In this document: positions 1 through 10,199 of the stretch, piece after piece | How the letters are laid out: each line of letters starts with the position of its first letter | Position numbering within the stretch: position 1 is the first letter of the stretch | Assembly: GCA_965237675.1 (NCBI GenBank) | Contig: OZ250150.1 | Location: forward strand, 960,001-1,024,000 | DNA length: 64,000 bases | Direction of reading: 5' to 3' | From: Candidatus Latescibacterota bacterium | Lineage (GTDB): Bacteria; Latescibacterota; UBA2968; GCA-2709665 | Made by a program: the position numbers and the translations under genes | Notes under the pieces: model-generated | What the model was told of the DNA's origin: nothing | Database searches by the model: none | Seen by the model: the letters and a program-made list of their open reading frames with translations, nothing else

Positions 1-1622
1 ATGCGGGTGTCGCCGTCGGTATCTGTATCAACGTGCTTCAACCGGGATCCACCCATTTTGGCGGTGTCGCACCGATTATCTATTGCCCGGGTTCGGGCGC
101 ACCCGTTGAAACCATCAGCGGACTCGGACGCTGGCCTCAGGCGGCAAGCATCGACTACTTCCGAAAATATCACGGCGGCGACCTGCCCCCCGGAATCTTG
201 CGAACCCTTACACCGGCATCGCCCGATGCGTGGTTGACGGCGTTGGCGCGGTTTGGCACCATGACCTTTGAACAGGTCATCCAGCCCGCGTTAGACCTCG
301 TCGAAAACGGGCACCCGGTCGATCATCAGTTCCACGCCTTTGTCAGCGGGGAGCTGGGAGATCGGCCATCGACGGCTGCTGTTTTTAATCCCGGTGGACA
401 TATTCCACAAGTCGGGGAAATTTTTTTCCAGAAGGATCTGGCGAACACCTTCCAGCGGATGATCGACGCCGAACGAGGGGCTGGGGGTGATCGGGAAACG
501 GGAATCAGAGCCGCGCGCGATCTGATTTACAGGGGTGAAATTGCCAGGGAAATTGCCGATTTCCATGCGCAGGAGGGGGGGCTGCTGACCTACGAAGATC
601 TCGCTGCATTTTCGGTTCGCGTCGAACCACCGACGCACATCACCTACAAAGGCTATGATGTATATACCTGCGGACCCTGGTGTCAGGGGCCAACGTTGAA
701 CATGGCGCTGAAGATTCTCGAAGGGGTTGACTTGCAGAGGATGGGGCACGAATCCGCGGACTATCTCCACACAATTATCGAGGGACTCAAATTGGCGTTT
801 GCCGATCGGGAGGCGTACTTCGGCGACCCCGATTTTGTGCAGGTGCCGATGGCGGGTCTGCTCGATGAGCGCTATGCCGCTGAAAGACGGGGCGCCATTG
901 ACCCCCAACGAGCTGCTCGTGACATGCCGCCCGCCGGTGATCCGTGGCGATTCCATCCGGAACCGCGTGGGAAAAACGGACCCTTCCCGACCCTGGATCC
1001 GGATCGTCCGCAACCGGAGCGTATATCGCATTGGGAGAGCGATACCAGTTACCTTTGCGCGGTGGACGAACAGGGCAACGCCTTCTCGGCAACCCCTTCG
1101 GATGTCGTTGGTTGGTCCCCGGTCGTTCCGGGCTTGGGTTTTCCCGTCTCAGGACGGGGTACGCAGACGTGGCTTGATCCAGTGCATCCCTCCTGTTTGC
1201 AGCCGTGGAAGCGTCCACGCCTCACCCCAAACCCTGCGCTGGTACTTAAAGATGGAAAGCCGTTTATGCCCTTTGGTTGTCCCGGTGGCGATGCACAGGT
1301 CCAGGGGATGCTGCAGGTGTTCCTTAATATCATTGAGTTCGGAATGGAACCGCAAGAAGCGATCGAAGCCCCCCGTGTCATCAGTCACAGTTTTCCGAAT
1401 TCGTTCTGGCCCCACGGATCATTGCCCGGCGAGGTAACGGTTGAAGCCCGCATCACCCCACCGGTGCGTGAGGCGTTGCGAGGTCGCGGGCACCTCGTCC
1501 AAGATGATGACGATTGGAGCGCAGGGGTCAGCCGGGTGTGTGCGATTACAGTTGATCCTGAGACGGGCACACGCGTCGGTGGTGCAGATCCACGTTCTAC
1601 GTCGTATGCCATCGGTTGGTGA
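1..1622 (+). CDS. ggt: Gamma-glutamyltransferase family protein (5' end lies outside the window)
   Basis: Frame is open from base 3 (AGVAVGICINVLQPG...). GGT motifs: PWCQGP, LAFADREAYFGDP, nucleophile Thr in DTSYLCAVDEQGNA, KRPRLTPNP, FGCPGGDAQVQ and the C-terminal GGADPRS. Confidence 0.9.
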   Translation, partial: AGVAVGICINVLQPGSTHFGGVAPIIYCPGSGAPVETISGLGRWPQAASIDYFRKYHGGDLPPGILRTLTPASPDAWLTALARFGTMTFEQVIQPALDLVENGHPVDHQFHAFVSGELGDRPSTAAVFNPGGHIPQVGEIFFQKDLANTFQRMIDAERGAGGDRETGIRAARDLIYRGEIAREIADFHAQEGGLLTYEDLAAFSVRVEPPTHITYKGYDVYTCGPWCQGPTLNMALKILEGVDLQRMGHESADYLHTIIEGLKLAFADREAYFGDPDFVQVPMAGLLDERYAAERRGAIDPQRAARDMPPAGDPWRFHPEPRGKNGPFPTLDPDRPQPERISHWESDTSYLCAVDEQGNAFSATPSDVVGWSPVVPGLGFPVSGRGTQTWLDPVHPSCLQPWKRPRLTPNPALVLKDGKPFMPFGCPGGDAQVQGMLQVFLNIIEFGMEPQEAIEAPRVISHSFPNSFWPHGSLPGEVTVEARITPPVREALRGRGHLVQDDDDWSAGVSRVCAITVDPETGTRVGGADPRSTSYAIGW

Positions 1623-1691
1623 ATGAACCCACCGAAGGTGGACTTACTATGCAACCGGTAGTCTGAGCTGGTGCTTTTACAGGAAAGGCCT

Positions 1692-3185
1692 ATGCTGACA
1701 CAAACTGATTATGCCGTAATCGCGGCTTACGCAGCATTGATGGCCTGGATCGGAATTCTGGCAAAGCGGAAGTCCGGAAATGTGGAACAGTACTTCGCGG
1801 CGGGGCACGGGTTGCCCTGGTGGATGGCGGCCATCTCACACCATGTGTCGGGATATAGCGCGGTCGCGTTTGTGGGTTTTGCCGGCCGTGCCGCGGTCAC
1901 GGGGTTCAGCATGTGGACCCTGTTTTCGCTTGGCGTGTTCGTGGCGCTGGTGATCGGATGCTTTGTGTGGGCGCCGAGATGGTCCAGGTTGAAAGTTCTG
2001 ACGCCGGTGGAATACCTGGAAGCGCGTTACGGCAATTCCGTGAGGGGTCTGATTGCGATTTCCGGTATTCTCATCAAGTTTATCGACCTCGGCATCAAGT
2101 TGTTCGCGATCTCAATTGTGGTCCACGTGGTTACCGGCTGGGCGGTACTGCCTGTTATCGTTGTTTCGGGTCTGATTACCATCGCCTACGTGTTTATTGG
2201 CGGGCTTTGGGCAACGGTACTTACGGATCTGGTACAGTTCGTGGTCCAACTCGTCATGAGTCTGGCCGTGCTGTTTATCGCGCTGGATATGGTGGGCGGA
2301 TGGAACGCGATGTGGGACAGCTTGCCCCGGGAACGTGCCGGCTTCTTCAACGCGGCGGGGGGGATCAGTACGAGCTTCTGGCTGGTCTATGTGGTTGTGA
2401 TCATTTTCAGCTACAACGGGGGCACCTGGGGACTGGCGCAGCGATTCGTGTCGGTGGCAAAGCCGAGGGATGCCCAGAAGGCGGCGCTTCTGTCGGCGAT
2501 TCTCTACTTGTTCTATCCCATCGTCATTTTCGTCCCCGCGTGGGCCGCGCCGCTGCTGATGCCAGAATACTTCGATCCGGTCACGCTTCAGCCAATCGCC
2601 GGCTTCGATCTGGATCAGACATATATCCTTGTCACGCAGAAACTACTGTCGCCTCTGGCGCCAGGGCTGATCGGACTGCTGGTATGCTCCATGTTTGCCG
2701 CGACCATGTCCATGATCGACAGCGATATCAATGCGCTTGCCGCGGTGTTCACCAAGGATTTCTACCAGCGTAATTTCAAGCGCGAGATCGACGACAGGGC
2801 GTTGTTCAGGGCGGGCATGATCATAACGGCGATTTTCGGCATCGCGGTTGTGGTAACGGCAATTGTGATCTCCCAGAGTCAGGGAATGAATAAGGTGTTT
2901 GCTCTGACCGTAAAACTATTCGGCGGCCTCCTGTCGCCCATCGCAATCCCATTGATGTTCGGGATGATATGGAAACGCCCGACGGCGCGAGGCGCAATCC
3001 TATCGTTTATCGGCGGTGTAACCACCTATTTCATCATGATTCAGTTCACCGACAGGTTCGAGATCTACACGGGGGTGGAAATCCTGGTTGCGCTGGTCAT
3101 CTACTTCGGCGAGAGTTATATCGGCAAGCGCAGCGAGGAGAAGGACGCGGAAGTCGAGGCCTTGTTCGAAAAAATCAGGAATTGA
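1692..3185 (+). CDS. Sodium:solute symporter family protein
   Basis: About 13 TM helices with SSS motifs (YFAAG..LPWW, YLEARYG, GGLWATVLTD.VQ, AATMS..DS.INA). ATG at 1692 follows RBS AGGAAAGG. Confidence 0.9.
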   Translation: MLTQTDYAVIAAYAALMAWIGILAKRKSGNVEQYFAAGHGLPWWMAAISHHVSGYSAVAFVGFAGRAAVTGFSMWTLFSLGVFVALVIGCFVWAPRWSRLKVLTPVEYLEARYGNSVRGLIAISGILIKFIDLGIKLFAISIVVHVVTGWAVLPVIVVSGLITIAYVFIGGLWATVLTDLVQFVVQLVMSLAVLFIALDMVGGWNAMWDSLPRERAGFFNAAGGISTSFWLVYVVVIIFSYNGGTWGLAQRFVSVAKPRDAQKAALLSAILYLFYPIVIFVPAWAAPLLMPEYFDPVTLQPIAGFDLDQTYILVTQKLLSPLAPGLIGLLVCSMFAATMSMIDSDINALAAVFTKDFYQRNFKREIDDRALFRAGMIITAIFGIAVVVTAIVISQSQGMNKVFALTVKLFGGLLSPIAIPLMFGMIWKRPTARGAILSFIGGVTTYFIMIQFTDRFEIYTGVEILVALVIYFGESYIGKRSEEKDAEVEALFEKIRN

Positions 3186-3323
3186 TGCCTCGGCATCTGG
3201 AACACAAAAACAGCCGTAAGCTATCAGCTAAAATCGGTGAGACGAAAGAGGGGAGACGGGAGAGGACCACACCGCACCATGGGACATCGATAGGGCCGGG
3301 CGACATTACCTCGCGGATGCGCA

Positions 3324-3365
3324 GACCTCTCCCCCCGGCCCCCTCTCCCGGGGGGAGAGGGGGAG
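3324..3365. repeat. REP-like palindrome GACCTCTCCCCCCGGCCCCCTCTCC...GGAGAGGGGGA, copy 1
   Basis: Same 25-bp head recurs at 12499 and 13676, each followed by a complementary GGA(G/A)AGGGGGA arm forming a hairpin. Confidence 0.8.
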
Positions 3366-3609
3366 CATAAGGCAGCCATCAGCGTACAGCTGTCAGCTTG
3401 AAGCAAAAGCGAAAATCAAAGGCGGCAACCGGCGGTAAGACCGACTATCCAATGCGGTTTTTCCGATACGACCTTACTGCCGTCCGGTGGCTGAGATGGA
3501 GGCTTTCGTCCGCTGCATAAAACGTGCTGCTCACCATCATCGTCGATCGCCACAACTTGGGGTGAATCCGTCTTTGTCGGTTGGCCAGACACGTGGATTT
3601 CGGTATCAT

Positions 3610-4158
3610 TCATCTTCCAAAGACAAGCTCGATTGCTTCTGTCGCCATGTACATATTGAGGCGTGTTTTCTTCCACGCGTCTTGTGGCGCATTTCTTGGC
3701 CAAGGAAGACTTGGAGTCACCTTTTTCGTTGGACCATTCAGCGCATAGGCTCTCCCGTCGATCACCATCCAAATGATGTAACGCTCGACACCACGAAATC
3801 GGGTCTTGGGTACGTAAATAAAGACGCCCTCGCCCTTTGAATTGCCCACTGCACGGAGATCGGACGCGTTGACGTTAAGCGTATTTTTGCCCAAAGCAGC
3901 CGTAACGACGTTTAGTGCCTGATCTAGGTTAGCAGTCGCGCTCCTTGCCATAGGCTTTGGCTTTTCAATTGTCCTTCGTCTGGCCTCGTTTTCTTTACCC
4001 GCAGTGTCCCCGGCTCTGGTTTTTACTTCGGCTTTTGGTGCGGAAGCCTCCCGTTTTTGCCCGGCGGTCTCCTCTTTTGACTTCGAACCGCCACAGCCGG
4101 GAACCACTATCCAAATACCGAGAAACAGAAGAGCGATTAACGATCTAAAACGTAACAT
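3610..4158 (-). CDS. Hypothetical lipoprotein
   Basis: 182 aa; basic N-terminus, hydrophobic stretch, lipobox-like VVPG-C; RBS GAGGA upstream. Confidence 0.65.
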   Translation of the reverse strand: MLRFRSLIALLFLGIWIVVPGCGGSKSKEETAGQKREASAPKAEVKTRAGDTAGKENEARRRTIEKPKPMARSATANLDQALNVVTAALGKNTLNVNASDLRAVGNSKGEGVFIYVPKTRFRGVERYIIWMVIDGRAYALNGPTKKVTPSLPWPRNAPQDAWKKTRLNMYMATEAIELVFGR

Positions 4159-4428
4159 ACACTATTCCTCCGTTGGACATGGATCTCCAAGTGAAATCTC
4201 GTAGGCTTTATTGATCGAGACCCATAAGTTAGGAATTCTAAAAATAATCGATCAACATTGAATATGCCAATATTCATCCAGCAGGTCTGCCTCGACGGGG
4301 GTAACCACCGGGGTTGCCACTGCGAAACTAACCTTAGAAATAAGCGATCAGCACAAATATCGAAAAGCAAACGGGCGTAAGACCGACAATGCAAACGACG
4401 GTTTCTCCGTATCGACGTCACAACCGTA

Positions 4429-4575
4429 CGGTGGCGGAGTCGGGGTTTTTCCACGCTGATCCGTTAGGCACCCAAACGCTGAAGTTCCGGATGCGTACTT
4501 AGGGGACAACTTGTAAGATTTGCCACTGCAAGACTCGTGGAAAAATCGGCCCCGCGCCGAGCGCCGCCGTTCTTT
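4429..4575. repeat. ~147-bp dispersed element with inverted ends (TTTTTCCACG...CGTGGAAAAA), copy 1
   Basis: Colinear with 26810-26958 over its whole length; a partial inverted copy lies near 14090-14146. Confidence 0.75.
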
Positions 4576-4921
4576 AAAAGGCGGTGAGTCACGTTAGACG
4601 GTAGAGGCGAGAGATTGCCTGCCCCGTGCGGTTTCATTTCTTGCCGGTGGCATAAAGGAAAAACCAATCGGGCAAGCACGTCTTCTCCCGGCTTCCGGCT
4701 CACGTCTACCCGCCTTCAGGTTTTTCCTCTTCCGTCTCCCCGCCTCTCGAAAAGGGCAAGGAAATAGGGGAATTTAGAGGGCGGGGAAGAAGTAAAGAGA
4801 AAGCAAGAACGAAAAAAGAACAAAATACGAGATTCAACATCCACATTTCCCTAGGGCCCCTGCCCTCGGCGGACAAAACTGGCTATTGGTTCGCCAGAAT
4901 ATTATTGATGGGAGTACCTCC

Positions 4922-5977
4922 ATGCTGATCGTCGACGCCCACCTCGATATCGCCTACAACGCGCTCGAATGGGACCGGGACTTGCTCCAGCCCATCGCCA
5001 AAATACGCGAGGCCGAGGCGGGAATGGCGCAGAAGGGCCGCGGCCTGAACGTGGTGAATTTCGCCGAACTGCGGCGCGGCGGGATCGGCCTCTTCTTCGT
5101 CACCATGGGCTGTCGGCTTGCTTCGATGGGCAAGCGCTTTCCCGGGGTGCGCACCCAGGACATTGCCTACGCCAAGTGCAAGGGCGAGTTAGCCTACTAC
5201 CGCCTGATGGAGGCCAAGGGAGTCTTGCGCCAGATACGCGATCGCGCTGAACTCGACGCCCATCTGGCCGAGTGGGACAACGATCCGCAGACGACCCCGC
5301 TGGGGTTTGTTCTCAGCATGGAAGGGGCGGACGGCATTGTGGCGCCCGAACAGGTAGCCGAGTGGTGGGATGAAGGCCTGCGGATCGTGAGCTTATGTCA
5401 CTACGGGGTCAGCTCCTACTCACACGGGACCCAGGCTCCCGGTGGCCTGACGGCCAGGGGCCGCCCCATGCTCGAAGCCCTGGAAGCGGCCAGGATAATC
5501 CTCGATGTGAGCCACCTGGCCGAGCAGGCATTCTGGGAAGCCCTGGAGATTTTCACCGGTCCCCCGCTGGCCACGCACAACTGCTGTCGGACCCTGTGCG
5601 ACCACGACCGCCAGCTCGACAATCGACAGATCAAAACGCTGGCGCAGCGCGGCGGAGTCATTGGCACAGCCATGGACATCTGGATGATCTCACCCTTGTG
5701 GGACCCGGCAGCCATGGACAACACGGGCATCACGCTGGAGACCGCGGTAGACCACATCGACCACGTCTGCCAGCTAACCGGGAGCTGCCGCCATGCCGCC
5801 ATCGGCACCGACCTGGACGGCGGCTACGGCAAGGAGCAGTGCCCCTCCGATCTCGACACCATCGCCGATCTGCGGAAGATTCCCGCCATCCTCGAAAAAC
5901 GCGGTTACTCGCAGACCGACATTGCCGACATCATGCACGGAAACTGGGTCCGCTTGCTGCGCGCGGCGTGGAGATGA
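4922..5977 (+). CDS. Membrane dipeptidase (peptidase M19, amidohydrolase fold)
   Basis: DAHLD metal motif, SMEGAD, LDVSHL, ATHNCCR and IGTDLDG; ATG at 4922 after GGGAG. Confidence 0.9.
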   Translation: MLIVDAHLDIAYNALEWDRDLLQPIAKIREAEAGMAQKGRGLNVVNFAELRRGGIGLFFVTMGCRLASMGKRFPGVRTQDIAYAKCKGELAYYRLMEAKGVLRQIRDRAELDAHLAEWDNDPQTTPLGFVLSMEGADGIVAPEQVAEWWDEGLRIVSLCHYGVSSYSHGTQAPGGLTARGRPMLEALEAARIILDVSHLAEQAFWEALEIFTGPPLATHNCCRTLCDHDRQLDNRQIKTLAQRGGVIGTAMDIWMISPLWDPAAMDNTGITLETAVDHIDHVCQLTGSCRHAAIGTDLDGGYGKEQCPSDLDTIADLRKIPAILEKRGYSQTDIADIMHGNWVRLLRAAWR

Positions 5978-5986
5978 CCAGGATCG

Positions 5987-6143
5987 AGTGTTCTGTCCCG
6001 GAAATAAGTTGCCAAAATTCGGCCGTCGAGTCGCCCGTCTCGCAAGGCGCCTGAACGCAGGCGACCTGCGTAAGGTCGGCCCAACGCCGCGGGACGGGAT
6101 GAATCGCCGGCCGAATGGTGAGGTAGTTTTGGGACAGGACACT
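5987..6143. mobile_element. MITE-like non-autonomous element (~157 bp)
   Basis: Imperfect terminal inverted repeats AGTGTTCTGTCCCGGAAATA / TAGTTTTGGGACAGGACACT. Its left ~40 bp recur at 12420-12460. Confidence 0.6.
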
Positions 6144-6163
6144 TGTCAGAGGAGTATTCAAAT

Positions 6164-8290
6164 ATGTCGATAGAGAGCAGTTTCTGTTTCGCGCTCGATG
6201 CCACTGCGCTCGAAGTACGAGGTCAGTTCGATCAACTCCAATACTGCGAGCTGAAAAAGGCTATCGTTCTCAATGATATGCTCCTGGTCGAAGACGATGC
6301 GCCAGCCATCGGCCGGCCCCAGGGCGCTGAGGACCGGTCGTGGTTTGAGAAATTGCAGGAAGGCGTGATGGCCCGCAAAGATCTCGTCCTGGATGATCCT
6401 CGCGCCATAGCCGCCTATCTGATCTTCAACGGACGGGAAATGGACGACAATGACCATGCACTCCACATCTCCATCAATGGTCACCACTTGATCCGCCCTC
6501 CGAGCAAGATAGCCCACCCCTCTGCTCGCCACTACTACACCACCGACTGGGGAGGCTCGCACTTCGACAACTGGTTCGTGGTGGCCGTGCCGGTGGGCGC
6601 CCTGCGGCAGGGTACCAATGAGTTCGTCCTGTGGGCCGAATCGGAGGAGACCAGTTGGGAAATCATGGTGGCCGCCGATGGAGAATACAAGCGTGGCTCT
6701 GAAACGCGGCTCTGCCACCCTGACCGCAGCGCCAAGAGCCGAGACGGAGGCCGTACCTGGGATTTTGAGCACCTGGGCTGGAAAGATGAAATCGACGGGG
6801 AGTACACCATCCGCCTCAGTCTGGATCGCAGCGTACCGCAGGGCACCTTTGTCTCGCCGGTGATCGACCTGGCTAAAGGAGAGGATACAAAAAGAATAGC
6901 GAAATTGCTCGACGTGGAAGAGTGCCGGGTAGGATGGGAGGTGGATGTGCCCGAGGGAAGCCAGGTAGAAATAGAGGCACGTCTGGGCGATAATCCAGTG
7001 CCTATAGCGGCCGCGTGGTCCCCTTTCGAGTCCGTAGCGAATTTCTCCAGGACATGGTGCGCTCCTGCTGGACGCTACTTGCAGTTCAAGATTGTCATGT
7101 ACGCCCACAATCCGCTGGTGACGCCGGTATTCAAAGGTATTTCCGTTGAAGCGAAGTGCCGCGAGCACAAGCACCGCTCCAATAGACGTTACCACATTCT
7201 CCGGTTCCGCAACCGTCGCGTCATCCGTCCATCCCTACCCTACGTCCACGAAGAATTCGCCCGCTTGAACGAACTGCGCCACCGCTTTGAACTGGACGCG
7301 ATGGTCTCAGGCGCGGCGACTGAGTTCGAAGCCCAGCTGCAACTCATGCACTGGGCCTACAAAGTGCCGCTCGGTCGCCTGGATGCCTACCAATGGAATT
7401 ACTTTGATCTGCCTCGACTCGATAGGGATGCACGTGGACGCCCCGGTCTGCCGGGCGACTACCAGAAACGCCGACGCGATGGCCACTGCCTCTACTGTAA
7501 CCTGGCCTTAATCGCCGCCTGTCTGGCCATGGGCTTTCCGGCCCGCTGGGTCAACATCTCCACCAAGCACACGTACGGGCACGAAGTGGCCGAAGTATGG
7601 TCCAACGAGTTCGACAAGTGGATATTCCTGGATGCGACGCGCGATTACTACATTTACGATCCCGACACGGGCATTCCCCTGAGTCTGGTGGAAATCAGCG
7701 AACGCCTGGCCGAAATCATGCCGGGACCGGCGACCTGGGAATATCCCATCCAGTGGCGCCTGCCGGACCTCGAAATGCTCCGTGCCGCGCGCGTTGCCTA
7801 TCGCCAGGGCGACAATGCTTTTTCGATTGACGACCTGAGCGGAGGGCCGGAGCACCTGATGCTCAAAGGACACTTGCAAATGGTGCGGCGCAACGACTTT
7901 GTCAGCCGGCCCTGGCCGCTACCGTGGCGACTCTCCAGCAACTGGGGAAGCGATCTCTTCTATTGCTTCTACAGCGATGTGTTCCCCCGCAAACGCGAAT
8001 ACCCCCAACACACCAAGCGCTGGCAGGATTTCAGTCCCCCGCTCAACCAGACGGAACTCTACTTGAGCGAAACCGCCGAGCCAGATGTCCTGCGCGTGGA
8101 TGTAGATACCGAGACGCCTTGCTTTGACGCATTTCTGGTGCAGATCGACAGAGCCGAATGGAGCGAACAAACAGACCCCTCGCTGGAGTGGAGACTGCAC
8201 GAAGGCCTGAACCAACTGCGGCTCAAGGCGCGCAACAGCGCGGGGGTTTGCGGCCCGGATAGCCATGCAGCGGTAGTGATGAATACTTGA
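6164..8290 (+). CDS. Large protein with a transglutaminase-like (papain-fold) domain
   Basis: Putative Cys-His-Asp triad: GHCLYCN, GHEVAEVWSNEFDKWIFLDAT. Beta-rich N- and C-terminal regions; RBS GAGGAG. Confidence 0.75.
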   Translation: MSIESSFCFALDATALEVRGQFDQLQYCELKKAIVLNDMLLVEDDAPAIGRPQGAEDRSWFEKLQEGVMARKDLVLDDPRAIAAYLIFNGREMDDNDHALHISINGHHLIRPPSKIAHPSARHYYTTDWGGSHFDNWFVVAVPVGALRQGTNEFVLWAESEETSWEIMVAADGEYKRGSETRLCHPDRSAKSRDGGRTWDFEHLGWKDEIDGEYTIRLSLDRSVPQGTFVSPVIDLAKGEDTKRIAKLLDVEECRVGWEVDVPEGSQVEIEARLGDNPVPIAAAWSPFESVANFSRTWCAPAGRYLQFKIVMYAHNPLVTPVFKGISVEAKCREHKHRSNRRYHILRFRNRRVIRPSLPYVHEEFARLNELRHRFELDAMVSGAATEFEAQLQLMHWAYKVPLGRLDAYQWNYFDLPRLDRDARGRPGLPGDYQKRRRDGHCLYCNLALIAACLAMGFPARWVNISTKHTYGHEVAEVWSNEFDKWIFLDATRDYYIYDPDTGIPLSLVEISERLAEIMPGPATWEYPIQWRLPDLEMLRAARVAYRQGDNAFSIDDLSGGPEHLMLKGHLQMVRRNDFVSRPWPLPWRLSSNWGSDLFYCFYSDVFPRKREYPQHTKRWQDFSPPLNQTELYLSETAEPDVLRVDVDTETPCFDAFLVQIDRAEWSEQTDPSLEWRLHEGLNQLRLKARNSAGVCGPDSHAAVVMNT

Positions 8291-8457
8291 TTGGCTACAA
8301 GCGTGGGTCAATAGATGAATTAGCCTTGATTCGTCATTTTTCGGGGACATTACATCGAATTTACACAGAAGAACAAAGGCGTTTTGACGTCGGAGTTCCA
8401 GGATGCTTAGGGTCACTGGACGTGAACGGAGAAAATGTCTAATCGAACGACCTCAAT

Positions 8458-8740
8458 ACCCCGTTTCTGAAGTTTTCGCCGCAGTGTCGCCTTGCTTTTT
8501 TCGAACTGCGATTAATTGCCACAAAAGGCACAAAAACACCTATCCAGTTACTGGAAGTATAACCAGGAGAAACAACGAAATAGCCACGGGATCACGGCGT
8601 CACAACACACGCCGTTCAGTACCTGTTCCTTTTGTGTCTTTTGTGCGTTTTGTGGCCAATTCAAAGGTTGACCAATTGGACGATCTTACGACCCCGTTTC
8701 TGAAGTCTTCGCCGCGGTGTCGTCTTCCTGTTTTTTCGAA
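8458..8740. repeat. Pair of ~50-bp direct repeats enclosing inverted 9-mer tandem repeats
   Basis: ACCCCGTTTCTGAAGT(T/C)TTCGCCGC(A/G)GTGTCG...TTTTTTCGAA at 8458 and 8691; inside, CACAAAAGG-CACAAAAAC (~8520) faces TTTTGTGTC-TTTTGTGCG-TTTTGTGGC (~8630-8656). Confidence 0.75.
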
Positions 8741-8789
8741 TTGAGGTAAGCCCTTCAGCCGGTCAAAGAGTGCTTCGACTTCTCGCTCT

Positions 8790-9971
8790 TCAGTTGTCCT
8801 CCACCGACCCGTCCTCGTACCTGAGTTCCTCGCGGAGTTGCGGTTCGTAGGGGTGCGCCCGCGCCACCTCCTCGTTCAGCTCGAGTCCGAGACCGGGTAT
8901 GTCCGGCAACCTCACGAAACCGTCCTCGATCTGGTACCTGTGCCCGAAGAACAGGTCGTCCCTCCAGTCGGTCTTCTCCCTGGAGGGGTCGTCCGCATAG
9001 GAGGCCATCTCCTGGATGACGCTGTTCGGGCAGTTCAGGCCCATGTGGATCTCGGCGGTGACTCCGACTCTGCTGTAGGTGATGTGGGGTGAGACCTGAA
9101 TATACTGCGCCTCCGCCATGGCCGCGATCTTCTTGAACTCCGAGATGCCGCCGCAGTGGACGATATCCGGATTGAGGTAGCTCACCAGGCGCTTGGCAAT
9201 GATGTCCTGGAAGCCCCACTTGGTGAAGTTCCGCTCGCCCATGCACAGGGGCACCGACGTGCGGTCGCTCAGCCACTCGAGGGCGTCGTTCGATCCTTCC
9301 ACCTGGATCGGTTCCTCCATCCAGAAGGGACGGTAGGGCTCAACGGCTTTGCAATACTCCAGCGCCATGGTCGGCGTCAGCCGGCCGTGTGCGTCGATGA
9401 GGATGTCGAAATCATCGCCCCCTTCGACCCGCATCTCCTCGATCTGCCGGGCTGCCCGGTTCAGGTCCCATGGCATGGGAACGGTGAGAGGGTTGCCGAC
9501 CCTGGTCACCGGCGGCCCGGTCTTGACGGCATTGCATCCCATGCTCCGGGCGCGCTGCACGCCCGACTTTCCGCTGCCGCCGGCGTAGATGCGGACCTTG
9601 TCCCGCGCGGCGCCTCCGAGGAGCTTGTAGATCGGCAGGCCCGCGATCTTTCCGAGGATATCCCACAGGGCGATATCGATGGCGCTGAGGGCGGTGCTGA
9701 AAAGCACGCCCACGTGCCAGCGGTTCCAGCGGTAGAGCCCCTGCCAAAGATACTCGATGTCCGTGGGATTCTTGCCGATGAGGTGGCCCTCCAGGTCTTT
9801 GATGCACTGGGCGATCGTGCCCACCTTGTTGTCGCTGATCGAGCCTTCGCCCAGTCCCGTGATCCCCTCGTTGGTGCTGATCTTCACGAAACAGCAGTTG
9901 CCTTCCACCAGAAAGGTGTCCACGGCGGTGATCCTGATACCGGGGTACTTCGCGCTTCCTTCGTCCGCCAT
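8790..9971 (-). CDS. Mandelate racemase/muconate lactonizing enzyme family (galactonate dehydratase-like)
   Basis: ALSAIDIALWDILGK, LLGGAARDKVRIY, LIDAHGRL, WMEEP, MGER and PGLGLELNEE motifs. Confidence 0.9.
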   Translation of the reverse strand: MADEGSAKYPGIRITAVDTFLVEGNCCFVKISTNEGITGLGEGSISDNKVGTIAQCIKDLEGHLIGKNPTDIEYLWQGLYRWNRWHVGVLFSTALSAIDIALWDILGKIAGLPIYKLLGGAARDKVRIYAGGSGKSGVQRARSMGCNAVKTGPPVTRVGNPLTVPMPWDLNRAARQIEEMRVEGGDDFDILIDAHGRLTPTMALEYCKAVEPYRPFWMEEPIQVEGSNDALEWLSDRTSVPLCMGERNFTKWGFQDIIAKRLVSYLNPDIVHCGGISEFKKIAAMAEAQYIQVSPHITYSRVGVTAEIHMGLNCPNSVIQEMASYADDPSREKTDWRDDLFFGHRYQIEDGFVRLPDIPGLGLELNEEVARAHPYEPQLREELRYEDGSVEDN

Positions 9972-10199
9972 CGTCAGTGTCTCCTATAACAGGCCGCCCC
10001 TCCACCCCGCGCCCCCAGGGTGAGAGGGTAGACGGGAGAAGGGAGAGGACCACACCCCACCCACCGGTGTCGCGCTCCCATCAGCGATGTACTTTCTCTT
10101 TGATGTGACGAGAGTCCATTTGTGGACTCTCATACGGAAAAGTTACCAAAACGGCTTATGTCTCCCCTCTTCCGTCTTCCCTCTCACGGCTTTTGACAC

